From assembly GCA_038087875.1 (NCBI GenBank), contig CM075992.1:2234001-2298000 (forward strand): a stretch of DNA of 64,000 nucleotides. The letters run 5' to 3'. Below, piece by piece: positions 21,981 to 36,219 of the stretch. The notes beneath the pieces were generated by a model that worked only from the letters and a program-made list of their open reading frames with translations, was not told where the DNA came from and ran no database searches. How positions within the stretch are numbered: position 1 is the first letter of the stretch; every line of letters begins with the position of its first letter. This stretch comes from Malacoraja senta (lineage: Eukaryota). The translations under genes and the position numbers were made by a program.

Positions 21981-24900
21981 AGGGGGAGTTGAAGTGCTGA
22001 AGGAGTTGCAGATAAAAGGTCACTCTGAAATGGCGTTGCCTGTTTTACACCACTGGAAAAAGCTGGAGTAACTCAGCAGGACAGGCAGCATCTCTGGTGG
22101 GAAGGAATGGGTGACGTTTTGGGTTGAGACAATTCTTCTCGATCGAAACGTCACCCATTCCTTCTCTCCAGGGATGCTGCCTGTCCTACTGAGTTACTCC
22201 AGCTTTTTGTGTCTATCTTCGGTTTAAACCAGCAGTTCCTTCTTACACCACTGGGGATTGGTTTGCTCGCAACGTGTACAGAAACAGGACACAAAGCATT
22301 GGACACAGGCAACATCTCTGGGGAACATGGATAGATAATGTTTTGGGTTGGGACCCTTCTTCGGCCTGATTGTTTGAGGGGGGGGGGGGGAGGGAGAGTG
22401 GAAGGAAGAAAAGCTGGGAGGGAGGAGAGGCAAGATCTTACAGATAATATTTGACATTGAAGGCACAACTGCCAATGTGGAACAATTAAACAGGGATATG
22501 CTGGAGGCCAGATATGGTGAAGGCCAGAGGTCTTGTTAGATTGTCAGCCTTTAATAGATTTAAAGCCTTAGGCTCCTTTGCTGTCTAGGGCAAAGAATTC
22601 CAAAGATTCAGATGCTCAGAGATGAAATCCCTCTCCTGTGTGTCTTGTTTGTTGTCCCCTTAATCTGAAAGTCTACCCTCTCATTCGAGATTCCCCTGAT
22701 GAGGCAAAACATCCCCTCAACATTTACCCGGGGAAGCCATTCAGAATCTCGTATCTTTAAACAAGCCTGCCCATCATTTTTTATAAACATCAATGAGCAT
22801 GAGCCAAAGTGCACAACTTTTATCATGACAACCCTTTTTTCCCCCCAGGAATCAACTTTGACTTTCTCCATCATGTTTGATGCTTGAAGATGCTGCTTGA
22901 AGAAGAAAACAGGTGTGGCCTCATCATTAGCCCGTACAAATGTAGCAAGACTTGCCTATTTTCACACACCATCTTTGTCTTCATAATCCTCCTCCTTTTT
23001 CCTTTCTTCTCCCCGCCCCCTCCCACCCCCCATCAGTCTGAAGAAGGGTTTCGGCCCGAAACGTTGCCTATTTCCTTCGCTCCATAGATGCTGCTGCACC
23101 CGCTGAATTTCTCCAGCATTTTTGTCTACCTGCTGGTAACTTGTGTTTATTGTTCAGGGACACCTAGATCCCACCGTACAGCAGCATTGTGGAGCCTCTC
23201 TCGTTTATTTTGTTTTTCTAATGCACTTCCTACCAAAATGGAAAACTTCACATTTTACCCACATTTTGCTCCATTGCCAGGTTTTTGGCCACTAACTTAA
23301 CCTATCTATGTGTAAAGAGGAACTGCCGATGCTGGTTTAAACTGAAGATAGACACAAAGTGCTGGAGTAACTCAGCGGGACAGGTAGCATTGCTGGAGAG
23401 AAGGAATGGGTAACGTCACCCATTCCTTCTCTCTAGAGATGCTGCCTGTCCCGCTGAGTTACTCCAGCATTTTATGTCTATCTTCACTTAACCTATCTAT
23501 ATCCCCTTGCAGGTTCCATGTTGCTTTCCATGTTCCATCTCACAACTTGCTTTCCCACCTCTCTGCTACAGGAGCAACTTTGGCCAAGTACACCTAGTCA
23601 TTCATCTAAGATTGTAAATAGTTGAGACACAAGTAGTCAACGCCCCGTCACTGATCCCCGAGGCACTCCAATAATGATGGCTTGCCAATTTGAGACTTAT
23701 CTCTGCTCTGTTTTGTATTACTTAGCCAAACCACCAACACTACTAATAAACTATCATCCATGCCAAAAGCTCCTGTCTTCATATGGCGCCTTATCAACCA
23801 CATCAGTTAAATCTCTTTGTGTACCTTGCTTGTTACAGACTCAGATGACATAGATTTATCAAACACAATTTCTCTTTCATAAAACAATATTGACTCTGAT
23901 TTGACTCTATATTGACCCCAGTGCTGCCACCAGAACAGCAGGCCTTTATGGCCAAGCTAAGACTCCAATATTTCTTTTTTAAATGTAGACGTAGGGTTTA
24001 AGATAGCTCCTAAAATGTGGCAACTCTTGTGTATGGACTCAGTGTGCCATCTTACACTTGTGATTGTGCCTAAAGTATAGCAGGATTGTCACTACTGCAT
24101 GCAAAGAAGATTGACCATACTTAGGTGTACATGACAATAACGTACCACTGAATGATTAACTGTCATAATTAAAATGGTTTGCAACATTTTCCCAATGAGA
24201 TACTGCTCATAGTTTCCTGCTTTTAGTCCCTTCCCAGTAGCTTTACATTTGAGATTTTCTATTCCATTGGAAACCTTTCAAAATTTCTTGGATATGGGAA
24301 AGTTACAACCAATGCAACCACTTCTTGGCAAAGGCCAAGGATGCAGGCCATTAGATCCAGGGAAATAGTCAATCTTTAGTCCCATTAGTTTCCCTCTAAC
24401 AATATTGAAGTGCCTTGTCACGTTTTTTGTCATCAAAATGCTTTTTTGTCTTGCACTATTAGAACAGACAAAATATTTGTTGAAAATCTCTTTCATTTCC
24501 TTATTTACTAATAATTACACAGTTTAATCCTCCAAAGAACCAATATTTACTTTAGTTACTCTTTTCCTTTATAATATAAACTCTTAATAGTTTTTCTTGA
24601 TGGTTTATTCTCATTATCCACTTTTTTATCATTCTTTGCCGACTTCAAAAATATTCCCAAACTTCTGTATTATCACCAATTTTAACAACATTTTATATAT
24701 CGTAGTTCAAATTCAATTCACAATTAGCATCCTTGGTTAGCCGTAGATCGATTATCCTTGTGAATCTTTATTGAGTTTTTTTTTTTTTTTTTTTAACATC
24801 TGCACTATTCATCAATTGTCTTTTAATATATTATCCTAATCCATTTTGGGCAGACCTACCTTCATTCTTTTGTGATTGTGTTTATATTTTTAAATCTAGG

Positions 24901-26639
24901 TTTTTCCACTCTCAAACTGAATGTGAAATTCTATAATGTTATTATCACTCTGTCCCAGTGCATCCTACAATTATAGCACTTGATTAGATATAAAACAGCT
25001 TATTTCTCGGTTGGTTCTACAATATATTGTTTGAAGAAAATCTGTCCTCGACTACCATTGTAAATTTGATTTTAAAAAAATTATTAAAATTACCTGGGAT
25101 CATATTCATTTCTAGAAATGGACAGGAATACACACTCATTTAAAAAGGCTGAGAATGTTAAATTTATGGCATCATCAGACCAAATGGGTCTCTGTCCAAA
25201 AGGGGGATATGGGTCAAACAATGGCAGGTGGGATTGGCGTAGATGGGGCATCTTGGTTGGCATGGATAAGTTGGGCCGAACGACCGGTTTCCGTGCAGTG
25301 TGTCTATGACTATGACAAGGGTGATGGGTGCATATTGGGATAGGGGCAGCCGAGGGTTTACATCCATGTTGATCAGGAGAGCACTGGAACCATACTTGCA
25401 TTGAACAGGGACGCACTGCCTGTTTGAAAAAGTCAAAACACAGACTTAAGAACCAAAGGATTCCCTCAACAAATCATGCACATTACAGGTAGACAAAAGT
25501 GCTGGAGAAACTCAGCGGGTGCAGCAGCATCTATGGAGCGAAGGAAAAAAATGCACATTACAGATTGTGCTATGCTCTATTCAACTCAAGGGAAAAAGTC
25601 TGACATATAATCTTGCTGTTCCTGAGAATAAGACAAAATGTTGCTTTAATCTTCCCTCCTAAATGATGCATACTTATTAAATATTTCTACCTTAATCAGT
25701 GTCCGCGTACTGAACCTTCCCTTTGGCGCTGGCGTTAGTGGGCTGACATGCTTGGCATCCTAACCCATACTGTTCACTTTCTCTTTCAATCTTGACTCAC
25801 AGGTGACATCTGGTCAGCAAGTGGGGGAATTCCACTTGTAACGATTGCTTTATCACACTGCACAATGTGATAGAGCTCACTCTACTGTATATTACCAACT
25901 TGATCAACTGCCAACAAGTGGCTGACCTTCAGTGAATTTATTGACCAGGTCAGGAGTTCTCCAAGACCCACAGAATGAGCCATGAACACGTCGTCCGGGT
26001 ATCACGCAGAGTTGAGACTGGGCTGTGTTCACCCAGTGTCATCAGTGAACATATACTCTATATCACAAGGTCCTAGTGATTTCTTTATTTAGCAGCAATT
26101 AAATCATGTCCAAAGCTCAGAAAAGAGGAAAGGCAGAGCAACAATCCGAGTCACATCATGAATTGGATTCCAACACTAGAAGGGAAGTGAAATAAGGTTT
26201 CATGTCTCCTGAAATCTATTCCTTCAGCTGAAGAGGTCATGGTGACCCCTCGCAGTCTTCAAGAAAGTATAAACAGTCATATTCTCAATGCCGACACGAG
26301 ACTGTCACGTCTCTGCTTGAAATGATACATTTATTTCTGATAATAATTTAACATAAGCTACCCAGAATCAGTCAAAATGTCCAAATCTGTCTACTTCTGG
26401 AAAGGTCTCTTATAAAACTCATCTCGATGAGCAGGGAGCTGCCATTCTGAGCTACAAGGATCTAGTCAAGATTTGCTCATTCAAGTGAAACTGTCAGCAG
26501 TTACTGCACTGGCAACTGTCTTCAGGATCCTTGTCCATGTTTTGTTGAAATGGCAATGATGGAAAATTATTGGACGCAGACAATGCAAACAAGATGGTTA
26601 ATGAAACACCTGGATAAAATGATAACATCCCCACAGTAC

Positions 26640-27078
26640 TCACAGATCATCACACAACCCAGCCTCCCTTCCAGTGATTCCATCTACACTTCACGCTGTC
26701 TCAGCAGGGCTGCCAGCATAATCAAGGACCAGTTTCACCCCAGTCATTCTCTTTTCTCCCCTCTGCCTTCAGGCAAGAAGTACAGAAGTTTGAAAACACA
26801 CACCTCCAGATTTAGGAACAGTTTCTTCCCAGCTGTTATCAGGCAACTGAACAGTCCTCTCACCAGCTAGAGTGCGGTACTGACCTCCCATCTACCTCAT
26901 TGGAGACCTTTAAACTATCTTTAATCGGACTTCAACGTTGTATCTTGCACTAAATGTTGCACCCTTTATCTGTGCAGTGTGCATGGGATGATTGTATTCA
27001 TGAATTTTAGTCTTTTCTTTGACTGGACAGCACACTACAAAAGCTTTTCACTTCCTCGGTACACATGACAATAACTAG
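26640..27078 (+). mobile_element. Rex1/Babar LINE 3' fragment
   Basis: LPSSDSIYTSRCLSRAASIIKDQFHPSHSLFSPLPSGKKYRSLKTHTSRFRNSFFPAVIRQLN, followed by a GACAATAA tail. Confidence 0.85.
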
Positions 27079-28212
27079 ACTCCCCAACACTCAGGATTAC
27101 CGATCCAGCTCCTTTACACTAACATTTGATCCTGTGATGAACAAAAACAATAAAGTATCTCCAATAAAGTCTGAAGAAGGGTCTCGACCCACAATGTCAC
27201 CTGTTTCCTTCGCTCCATAGATGATGCCTCACCCGCTGATTTTCTCCAACATTTCGATTTTTCCAGCATCTGCAGTCCTTTCTTTAAAATAAAGTACCTC
27301 CACATCAGGCTGGAGTGGGACATTAAAAACTAGAGTGGTGGTGTATCCCAGCACCTTTTGCTCTTACCCTCCTAAGTGGAAAAGTTGTGGTTAAGGAATG
27401 TGTAGGAAGGTTTACACCAAAGATAGACACAAAATGCTGGGGAAACTCAGCGGGACAGGCGGCATCTCTGGAGAGAAGGAATGGGTGACCTTTTGGGTCG
27501 AGAGTCTGAAGAAGGGTCTCGACCTGAAACTTCTCTCCAGAGATGCTGCCTGTCCCACTGAGTTACTCCAACATTTTATGTCTATCTTTTGTGGCAGTAC
27601 AGATTGCGACTATGGCGTGCAGTGGTGGAGGATTCAACATTTTAGATTAGGTGGGGGGCAGATCACACAGGCTGGTTTACCCTGCTCACAGTGCTCAGGA
27701 CTAAACAGCAGTAACATCCCAGCTCCTGGTCATTTAGACTTTCACAAGTTTCCAATTGTGGGTTAAAAGGAAGGAAAAAGAACTTAAGTATAGGAAAGAT
27801 TGACACTTTGGGATTAAAGCCAAAAGGATGTCGTGGATAATAACAAAACGTCAGCACTGAGTCAGGTCACAGTCCATGCTAGTGTTTTTATTAAGTCTCC
27901 CTTGTACATGTCAAACAAGAACTGAATGCATCCATTATGGGACTCACAAGGACCCATAAATATAAAGCAGCCGAGAACAGACATAATCTCTTGTCTGTTT
28001 AACATTCCAGTTCTCTCTGTCTGTAATGAAATCCTACTGAGATCATCAACTTTCCTCACAGATGATACCAAGCAATGTGCAGGCTGTACAAATCAGAGAG
28101 CAGCTCCCACGTTTGTATCTCTCACTCAGGGTAGTTATTGGCAGTAACTGGGACTATGATTTCCATTGTGCAAACAAATGCACTGAATTATGCTCCGTTT
28201 TGTAGTTCAAGA

Positions 28213-28900
28213 GCAGCACAGTGGCAGAGTTGCTGCCTTGCAGCGCTAGAGACCCGGGTTCCATCCCGACTACGGGTGCTCTCTGTACGGAGTTTGTACC
28301 TTCTCCCCATGACCTGCGTGGGTTTTCTCCAGGTGCTCCGGTTTCCTTCCACACTCCAAAGTCGTACAGGTTTGTAGGTTAATTGGCTTGGTAAAATTGT
28401 AAATTGTCCCTCGTGTGTGTGTGTGTAGAATAATGTCAATAGACAATAAGTGCAGGAGTAGGCCATTCGGCCCTTCGAGCCAGCACCGCCATTCACTATG
28501 ATCATGGCTGATCATCCACATTCAATACCCCGTCCCTGCCTTCTCCCCATATCCCCTGACTCCGCTATCTTTAAGAACTCTACTTAACTCTCTCTTGAAA
28601 GCATCCAGAGAATCAGCCTCCACTGCCTGAGGAAGAGAATTCCACAGATTCACAACTCTGAGTGAAAAAGTTTTTCCTGATCTCCTGTCTAAATGGCTTA
28701 CTCCTTATTCTTAAACTGTGGCCCCCTAGTTCTGGACTCCCCCAACATCCCAGCAGGGACGTTAATAATAATAATAATAATAATACATTTTATTTATATA
28801 GCGCTTTTCAGGACTCAAAGTCGCTGTGCAGGGATCGCTGGTCAGCGCGGACTTGGTGGCCCGAAGAGTCTGATTCCGTGCTGTATGTGTAAATTAAACT
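28213..28900 (+). mobile_element. HE1-like SINE split by nested CR1 (28436-28752, -) and L2 stub (28763-28825, -)
   Basis: SINE head and core at 28213-28430; the SINE tail resumes at about 28826 (GGGATCGCTGGTCAGCGCGGAC...). Confidence 0.75.
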
Positions 28901-29331
28901 CAACTCACTGGGGCGAGGCTCGTCATTGCCCAACACATGGAAGCAAGGAGACACTAATCACATCTGACAGGGATCATAAATTGTACTCAAGACCTTATTG
29001 CTCAAGGTCATGCACTGAGGCAGCCTGGTCAGCAGATCACTGGATATTTTAGCTAATAGCAATGTCAACACAAGTCTTGTCTGGGATTTTACAGGGGAAA
29101 TAAAAATTGATGGGAGAGAGCTGCAGATGTGATTGATACGTTGTCACTCAGCTCAGACTGCTCAGTCATCTCCTCACTGCCACAGCCCCAACCATCCATC
29201 TCTTTAGGAGTTTGTTCCAGCTGAGAGTGAAGCTGCTCCACTGTTCAAGGAAGGGTGGTGGGACTGGTCAAAAACAGCTGGAAACTTCAGCAGGTCAGGC
29301 AGCATCTGTGGTGCTGTGGCAGTACAGTGCC

Positions 29332-29849
29332 GACAATAGGTGCAGGAGTAGGCCAGCACCGGCATTCAATGTGATCATGGCTGATCATCCCCAATCAGTA
29401 CCCCGTTCCTGCCTTCTCCCCATATCCCCTGACTCCGCTATTTTTAAGAGCCCTATCTAGCTCTCTCTTGAAAGCATCCAGAGAACCTGCCTCCACCGCC
29501 CTCTGAGGCAGAGAATTCCACACTCAGCACTCTGTGAGAAAAAGCGTTTCCTCGTCTCTGTTCTAAATGGCTTACTCCTTATTCTTAAACTGTGGCCCCT
29601 CGTTCTGGACTCCCCCAACATCGGGAACATGTTTCCTGCCTCTAGTGTGTCCAAACCCTTAACAATCTTATATGTTTCAATGAGATCCCCTCTCATCCTT
29701 CTAAACCATAGAGTGTACAAGCCCAGCTGCTCCATTCTCTCAGCATACGACAGTCCCGCCATCCCAGGAATTAACCTTGTAAACCTACGCTGCACTCCCT
29801 CAATAGCAAGTATGTCCTTCCTCAAATTAGGGGACCAAAACTGCACACA
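29332..29849 (-). mobile_element. CR1 (HER1-like) LINE 3' fragment
   Basis: QFWSPNLRKDILAIEGVQRRFTRLIPGMAGLSYAERMEQLGLYTL..RRMRGDLIETYKI..ESRTRGHSLRI. Confidence 0.92.
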
Positions 29850-31219
29850 ACTGACTCTCTAGTACATGAGAGCCCAAGGACAGGAATGAAATCTAACACA
29901 CCCAGCAAAGATCCCAAATGCCCACTAACAGTGTTTTGTTTTTCCACTCGCGCTGGAAGCTGCAGAAAGTTGTCAAAATTCCCATCAGTGAGAGAGAGCA
30001 CCCTGCTCTCCAAAGCTTGTACAAGCTTCCAGGAGTCTGGGGAAGACTCCACCACACTGACCCTACCAGGGTGAGGGGGAAAAAGCCCCATCTCTCACCC
30101 GGCCACCATGGCAGGCTGCTGGTGATTAAACCCCACTCCCACCCTCCATCCCTCCCTCCCTCCAGCCCATGGCAGGCAGGCATGCAGCTGCTAAGTTAAT
30201 TTATAATGTTTGGCAGGCTCCTGATGAGAAACAGCAGATCCGAGTCAGCTTCACATCAGGCAACCTGGTTCTGATCAGCCCACCACAGGGACTGACATCA
30301 CCAAACTCCATCTGGCCTTTCACATGGGGGGGGGGGGGGGGGAAGAGCTAGTCTCTCTGACCCACTTGATTTTAACCTCTGCACCCCTCAGTCGCAGGGC
30401 TGAGCACCGGCAGGATAGAGTTACCATTTGCACAGGAAGCTTCTGAAATCACAGCTCGGTTGAAGGAGTCAATCGCAGCTCCCAGCCTCACGCTGCCTGG
30501 CTGGGAGGCTGGATTACTGCGTGACTTGCCCTCTCCCACATTGTCTCGCTGCACAAAGACACTCTCAGTCCCACCATCTGTTCAGAGGCAAGTTCGCCTT
30601 CAGGGGCTTGTTCTCTGGTCATTCTCTCCTCTGGGAGAGTGGAGACAGAATGCTTCTTTGTGCATAATTTGCAGACAGTAGGTTGTGGGGACGTGAGCCC
30701 CCCCCCCCCCCCCCCCTCCTTCCCTCTGCCTGGTGGGCTCGCTCAAGCACTGCGGTTATTCAGCACAATCAGCCATTTGTTCTGATACGGAATCGAAAGC
30801 CAAACATTGAGTGCACTCTTGGCAAACTCATTCATGTGCATCGAGGTGCAGAGGTGAGGGTAACCATGGTCAGGCTGGGAAGTGTTTAAAATGCCTCTTT
30901 TGGCAGAAATTACAGCCAACAACAGCAAGCTCGTACTTAAAAGCATCGCTGACCAAGAATCCACTTCATTTGCACCCAATCCAACAATCAAACCAGACAT
31001 CCCATGAATCCGACCAAAGAAGCTGAAGAACTGAGGCTTTGAGATTAAGGGGACCGTAGAAATGAAGGTACTTTGATGCGGTACACCCATATTTCTTGAA
31101 ATAAGGGGTTTGATAGGAGTCACAAAGGTCAGGCATGGGACAAATAATCGCTATTTTTAAGAGCCCTATCTAGCTCTCTCTTGAAAGCATCCAGAGAACC
31201 ATGGTTACCAGGTACATGT

Positions 31220-31725
31220 GACAATTCTTGCTATTGAGGGAGTGCAGCGTAGGTTTACAAGGTTAATTCCTGGGATGGCGGGACTGTCATATGCTGAGAG
31301 AATGGAGCAGCTGGGCTTGTACACTCTGGAGTTTAGAAGGGTGAGAGGGTATCTCATTGAAACATATAAGATTGTTAAGGGCTTGGACACACTAGAGGCA
31401 GGAAACATGTTCCCGATGTTGGGGGAATCCAGAACCAGGGGCCACAGTGTAAGAATAAGGAGTAAGCCATTTAGAACGGAGACGAGGAAACACTTTTTCT
31501 CACAGAGTGGTGAGTCTGTGGAATTCTCTCAGAGGGCGGTGGAGGCAGGTTCTCTGGATGCTTTCAAGAGAGAGCTAGATAGGGCTCTTAAAAATAGCGG
31601 AGTCAGGGGATATGGGGAGAAGGCAGGAACGGGGTACTGATTGGGGATGATCAGCCCTGATCGCATTGAATGGCGGTGCTGGCTCGAAGGGCCGAATGGC
31701 CTTCTCCTGCACCCATTGTCTATTG
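31220..31725 (+). mobile_element. CR1 (HER1-like) LINE 3' fragment
   Basis: ORF 31218-31640 encodes the same peptide as 29457-29846. Ends in a TTGTCTATTG tail. Confidence 0.92.
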
Positions 31726-32526
31726 TACAGTGAAACACATTTTTGCAATTGCTCCAGTCAGTACAGTATGCACAGAACACCCCATGGAGTCCATATGCAA
31801 GAGGAGCCATTTTACAGTCCCAGCTGCAGCTGGCCAAAGGCCCATTGCAGCCACTGCCTCCATCCGATCATCCTGTGAACCATCGGCATTGACTGTGCCC
31901 TGCGAAAGGGCGACTCTCAAGGCACAAACCCAAGCTCGCCCTTCCAATTATGCCCCCTATCTCCACATGAATTGAGATGAAGACTCCTGCCTCTCTTGAG
32001 TACACAACCCTTCCCCAGTACCAAACCACTATGTACTTTGAAGATAGACACAAAATGCTGGAGTAACTCAGCGGGACAGGCAGCATCTCTGGAGAGAAGG
32101 AATGGGTGACGTTTGGGTTGAGACCTTTCTTCCCACCGGTCCCCCACTTGGACTCCCCTGGGTGGCCTACTACCCTTTTAAGACCTTTTTATTATTCCTT
32201 CCTTCACTATGTAATTTGTATTTTGCCCTATTATGGTAAGGTTTACCTAGAAAGACTGATATTGTATATTTATTATCGTTGTTGTTGCAGGTAAATATGC
32301 TTGTAAAAACTGCAGCAAGATCGGTGCAGATGACAAAATAGATCCTCTTGATCATATCTTGATTATTAATGTCACATTTGGTAAAGGAATGATTTTTGCT
32401 GTGTTCAGACACATTGCTACATCTGGGGTGCATTAGACCCGGTATTCCACACAATGGAGGACTGTTCCTTGTGTTGCCAAGGCAAGTTTCGAATTTGGCT
32501 TCCACATTCTGTCCATTTAATAAGGG

Positions 32527-32812
32527 CAGCACCAGAGACCCAGGTTTGATCCCAATCTTGGGTGCCGAATGTAGAGTTTGCACGTTCTTCTTGTGACCAC
32601 GTGGGTTTCATCCAGGTGGTCCAGTTCTTCCCCAAAATCCCACAGTCGCAACGACGTGTGGGTTTGTGGCGTTATTGGCCTCTGTAAAAGAGCCCATAAT
32701 GTGGAAGGATGCAGAAGTGGAATAATGTAGAACTGGTGCGAGCACGTGATCGATGGCCAGCATGGACTCGGTGGGCCCATGCTGGCTGTATCTCCAACTT
32801 AAACTAAACTAA
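32527..32812 (+). mobile_element. HE1-like SINE (diverged)
   Basis: CAGCACCAGAGACCCAGGTTTGATCC head and (CTAAA)n tail. Confidence 0.7.
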
Positions 32813-33239
32813 CATTTGAGATACCCCACTTCATTGATGCAGCTTCCTGCCGAACCCAGGCAGACTGGTATCTGAGCACGTCTACCACTCTGTGGGTTTT
32901 ACAAGCACGTGTTGTGTGTTATATGGAGCCAGACTCTCAGCCTTCATACAACTTCCACTTTCACATCAACTTGGAATCAGATGCGTCAATGGGTGCAAAA
33001 CACTATCAGCAAGTGACTCATGCTCTCCGGTAAAACAAAACTAACAATATCATGAGATTCCCCCTAAAATTATTTATAGATATATCTATCAGACTTCTCT
33101 AAATGAAAGGCCAGTGCATTCCTGACGTCATAATTGCATCTTGCAATCATGTGATAGACAGAGCCCCATCAGAAGGCTAGAAGGTTGGAGTAATATCTTG
33201 GGGGTGGGGACTTTGTGGAGGGGGGCGGGGGGCGGTAGT

Positions 33240-33303
33240 GGCCACCAAGGGAAAAACTCGGGAGAATTCGTGAGTAACTCGGGAAAGTGGGACAGGGCCT
33301 TAT
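33240..33303. mobile_element. Possible end of a PIF/Harbinger-type MITE
   Basis: AAGTGGGACAGGGCCT-TAT terminus preceded by short ACTCG(G/T)GA subterminal repeats. The partner end was not found. Confidence 0.35.
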
Positions 33304-34789
33304 AAGTTTCAACTACCTTCCTTGTACAGCACACCCCTCCACCCATTCCTGATAGCCTTTCTCTCGTTTGAACAGCAGCATGTCTATCACCCTCAGGCCA
33401 TCATCTTTTTGTGCTCCCCCCCTCCCCCATAGTTACCGTGAAGGACAAAAGAATCCAATGGGATTCATCTCTTGGTTTGTACATGATTTCAGTGAATGTG
33501 AATCAGAAGTAGACCTTCCACGCAGCAATAGGTGATGTTTTGGGTCTGCCTTCTGTCTATTATTGAGGGTTTAGAGCAAAATTAAATATTCTTCTGAGCA
33601 GTGTGGCTTATATTGTAGCATTATGCTGGATGGGTGCAAGAGACTGGAAGTAACTCAGCGGGACATGGAACATTTTTGGAGAGAAGGAATGGGGGACGTT
33701 TCAGGGCGAGACCCTTCATCAGTCTCGACCCGAAACATCACCCACTTCTTCTCTCCAGAGATGCTGCCTGTCCTGCTTAGTTACTCCAGTATTTTGTGTT
33801 TATCTTCAGTGTAAACCAGCATCTGCAGTTCCTTCCTGCGCAAAATAAAGAAAATCTTGTGCTTCAAAGCAGGCGTCTATTTTTGTAACATGACTTGGTG
33901 ATAGTGTGTAAAATAGTAATACTTTGTATACCTGATAAAAGAATCCCTTTGAAGATGCAAGAATGTGCGATTGAACAAAATGTGTGATTCATGCATGCTT
34001 TAAGTTGAGGAATTCGACTTATCAGACAGGACAGATTGCATTCAAATGCTCAGAAGAGCCTGACTTGTCGGGCAGATGAACGCGAGTCATGAAACAGCAC
34101 ATGGGATTGTGTTTGTTTTGGCCGTACAAGATGTTGGTGAGGCTGCACTTGGAATATTTTGTCCCCATTTTGGGAGCCCTTCAATAGGAAGGCCGTGATT
34201 AAGCTAGAGAGGGTGGAGAAAAGATTCACAAGGATGATACCAGCACTGGAGCAATTGAGTTGTAAGGAGTGATTGAAATGTTTCTCTGGAGTGAAGGAGG
34301 CTGAGGGTGTCCTTCTAGAGGTGTATAAAATCATGAAGGGCGTAGGTAAGGTAGGTAGTCACAGTCTTTTTCCATGGGTAAGGGTGTCGAAAACTGGAGG
34401 GGATCAGCCACGTGGGTGATCCATCCGCTTCCTCCCAAGTCTCATCATGGAATTCCAGCTTCAGCCAATTCACTTTGCTCCATGCAACGTCAAGCAATAA
34501 CTGAGACCATAGTTGTACTTAGTAGACCTGCTACCTCAGCCCTTAGTGTGTCGTGAATGGGAGAATCTGGGAGGAGTTGTTGGTGATGCAGGGAGAATTT
34601 TTTAAAATAGGATTAGGGTCAATGGATATTTGATTACTAATGTGGACTCAGTGCGCCAAAGGCTCCCCCCCCCCCCCCCCCATGTTGTATTGTTGTCTGA
34701 ACACAGGATACAGCAAATAATAGGAAACCAAACTAAATCCTAGCTACAGTCCTGAAGACCTGTAGTCTAGATGTAGCTGTCTCTCTGAC

Positions 34790-36140
34790 CAGGTTGCTCC
34801 TATATATATTACAACAAAATGTGAAAAATCAGGCATGTCCTATTTACAAAAAGGACAATTCCTGACCCAACTATTTACCACAAAGTGCACCTATGCTAAT
34901 TCATCAGCAGAGTGATGAAAGTTATTGACAGTGCTGCAAATTGGCACTTACTCACCAATAACAAGCTCAATCTTGCCAAATGTTGGGTTTCCCCCAGAAC
35001 TAATTGGCCTCAGGCTTAATCATAGCCCTGGTCAAAACATATGACTGTTGTTGATATCAAGGCAGCATTTAACCAAATCTGGCATTAAAAGAGCTCTGGT
35101 AACACTGAAGTCAATAAACATACTGCACAAAGGTAGATGGTTGTGTTTATTGGATGTCAACCATCCCAGTCCCAGGACCACACTGGAGTAATTTCTCAGG
35201 ACAGTGCCCTAATCTAAACCATCTTCAGTTGGTTTACTAATGTTCTGGAAAAGGGTCTTTGGTCTGAAATCTTAGCTGTGTTTCTCGACCCACAGATGCA
35301 ACCTGGTTCCTGAGTACTTCCAGGATTTTCTGCTTTTAGTTTAGACCTTGCTTCCATCAAAACATCATTAATGCACAGTATTCGTCAATTCACAACCCCT
35401 TAGAAAATGAAATAGTCTATACTGGCATGTAGCAGGACCTAGACAACATCCAGATACTGACTGATAACTGGCAAGTAGCATACTCACGACAAATAGGTCA
35501 GGAAATAACCAAACATAGTCTAACCGCGCATCCTTGACATCACCACTGCCAAGTTCCCTATTACCTACATCCTGGAGGTCAGCATTGACCACAAACTCAA
35601 GAGGAACAGCAACACAAGTACTGTTCCAACAATGGAGGTGATAAGAGGAAACAAGGTGCTGGAGTAACTCAGCGGGCCAGGCAGCATCTCTGGAGAAGAT
35701 GGATAAGTGACATTTCAGGTTGGGACCCTTCTTCAGACTACAATGGAGGTCATAGGCTGGGTATCCTGCAGCAAGCAACTCACCTCCTAACTCCACAGCA
35801 TTTCCACCATCACCACATATACAACACAAGTATTGGGATAGTCTCCACTTACCTGGATAAGTGCAACATCAACAATGTTTAAGGAGAACAAAGCTGTCTG
35901 CTTGGGGTCATCCCAAGCACCACATTGAACATTCTTCCCCTCTACTACGCGTGTAGCATGGTTGAAATGCATACTGCAAAGCTGTTATTCACATAGACTG
36001 GCAATACTAGCCAAGCTTACAACTTCTGTGAAGGGCAAGGATGACAAGTACCTTGCAGCACCATTGACTGCGGGTAGTCCTCTTAGTCTACAATGTCTTG
36101 GAAATATATCAGTGCCCTGGGTCTAAATTCCAGTAATCTC
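34790..36140 (+). mobile_element. Highly decayed LINE reverse-transcriptase remnant with nested inserts
   Basis: GATATCAAGGCAGCATTTAACCAAATCTGGCAT (about 35053) translates to DIKAAFNQIWH, an RT domain motif. The reading frame is broken. Confidence 0.5.
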
Positions 36141-36219
36141 TACACCAGATATTATGGGAACATAGAAATAGAATAAATCAAAACCATTTTTCCCCAATAA
36201 ACAATAAACTAAACTAAAA

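Noticed and set aside
30102..30125. Perfect Kozak GCCACCATGG
   Set aside because: It opens only five codons (MAGCW*).
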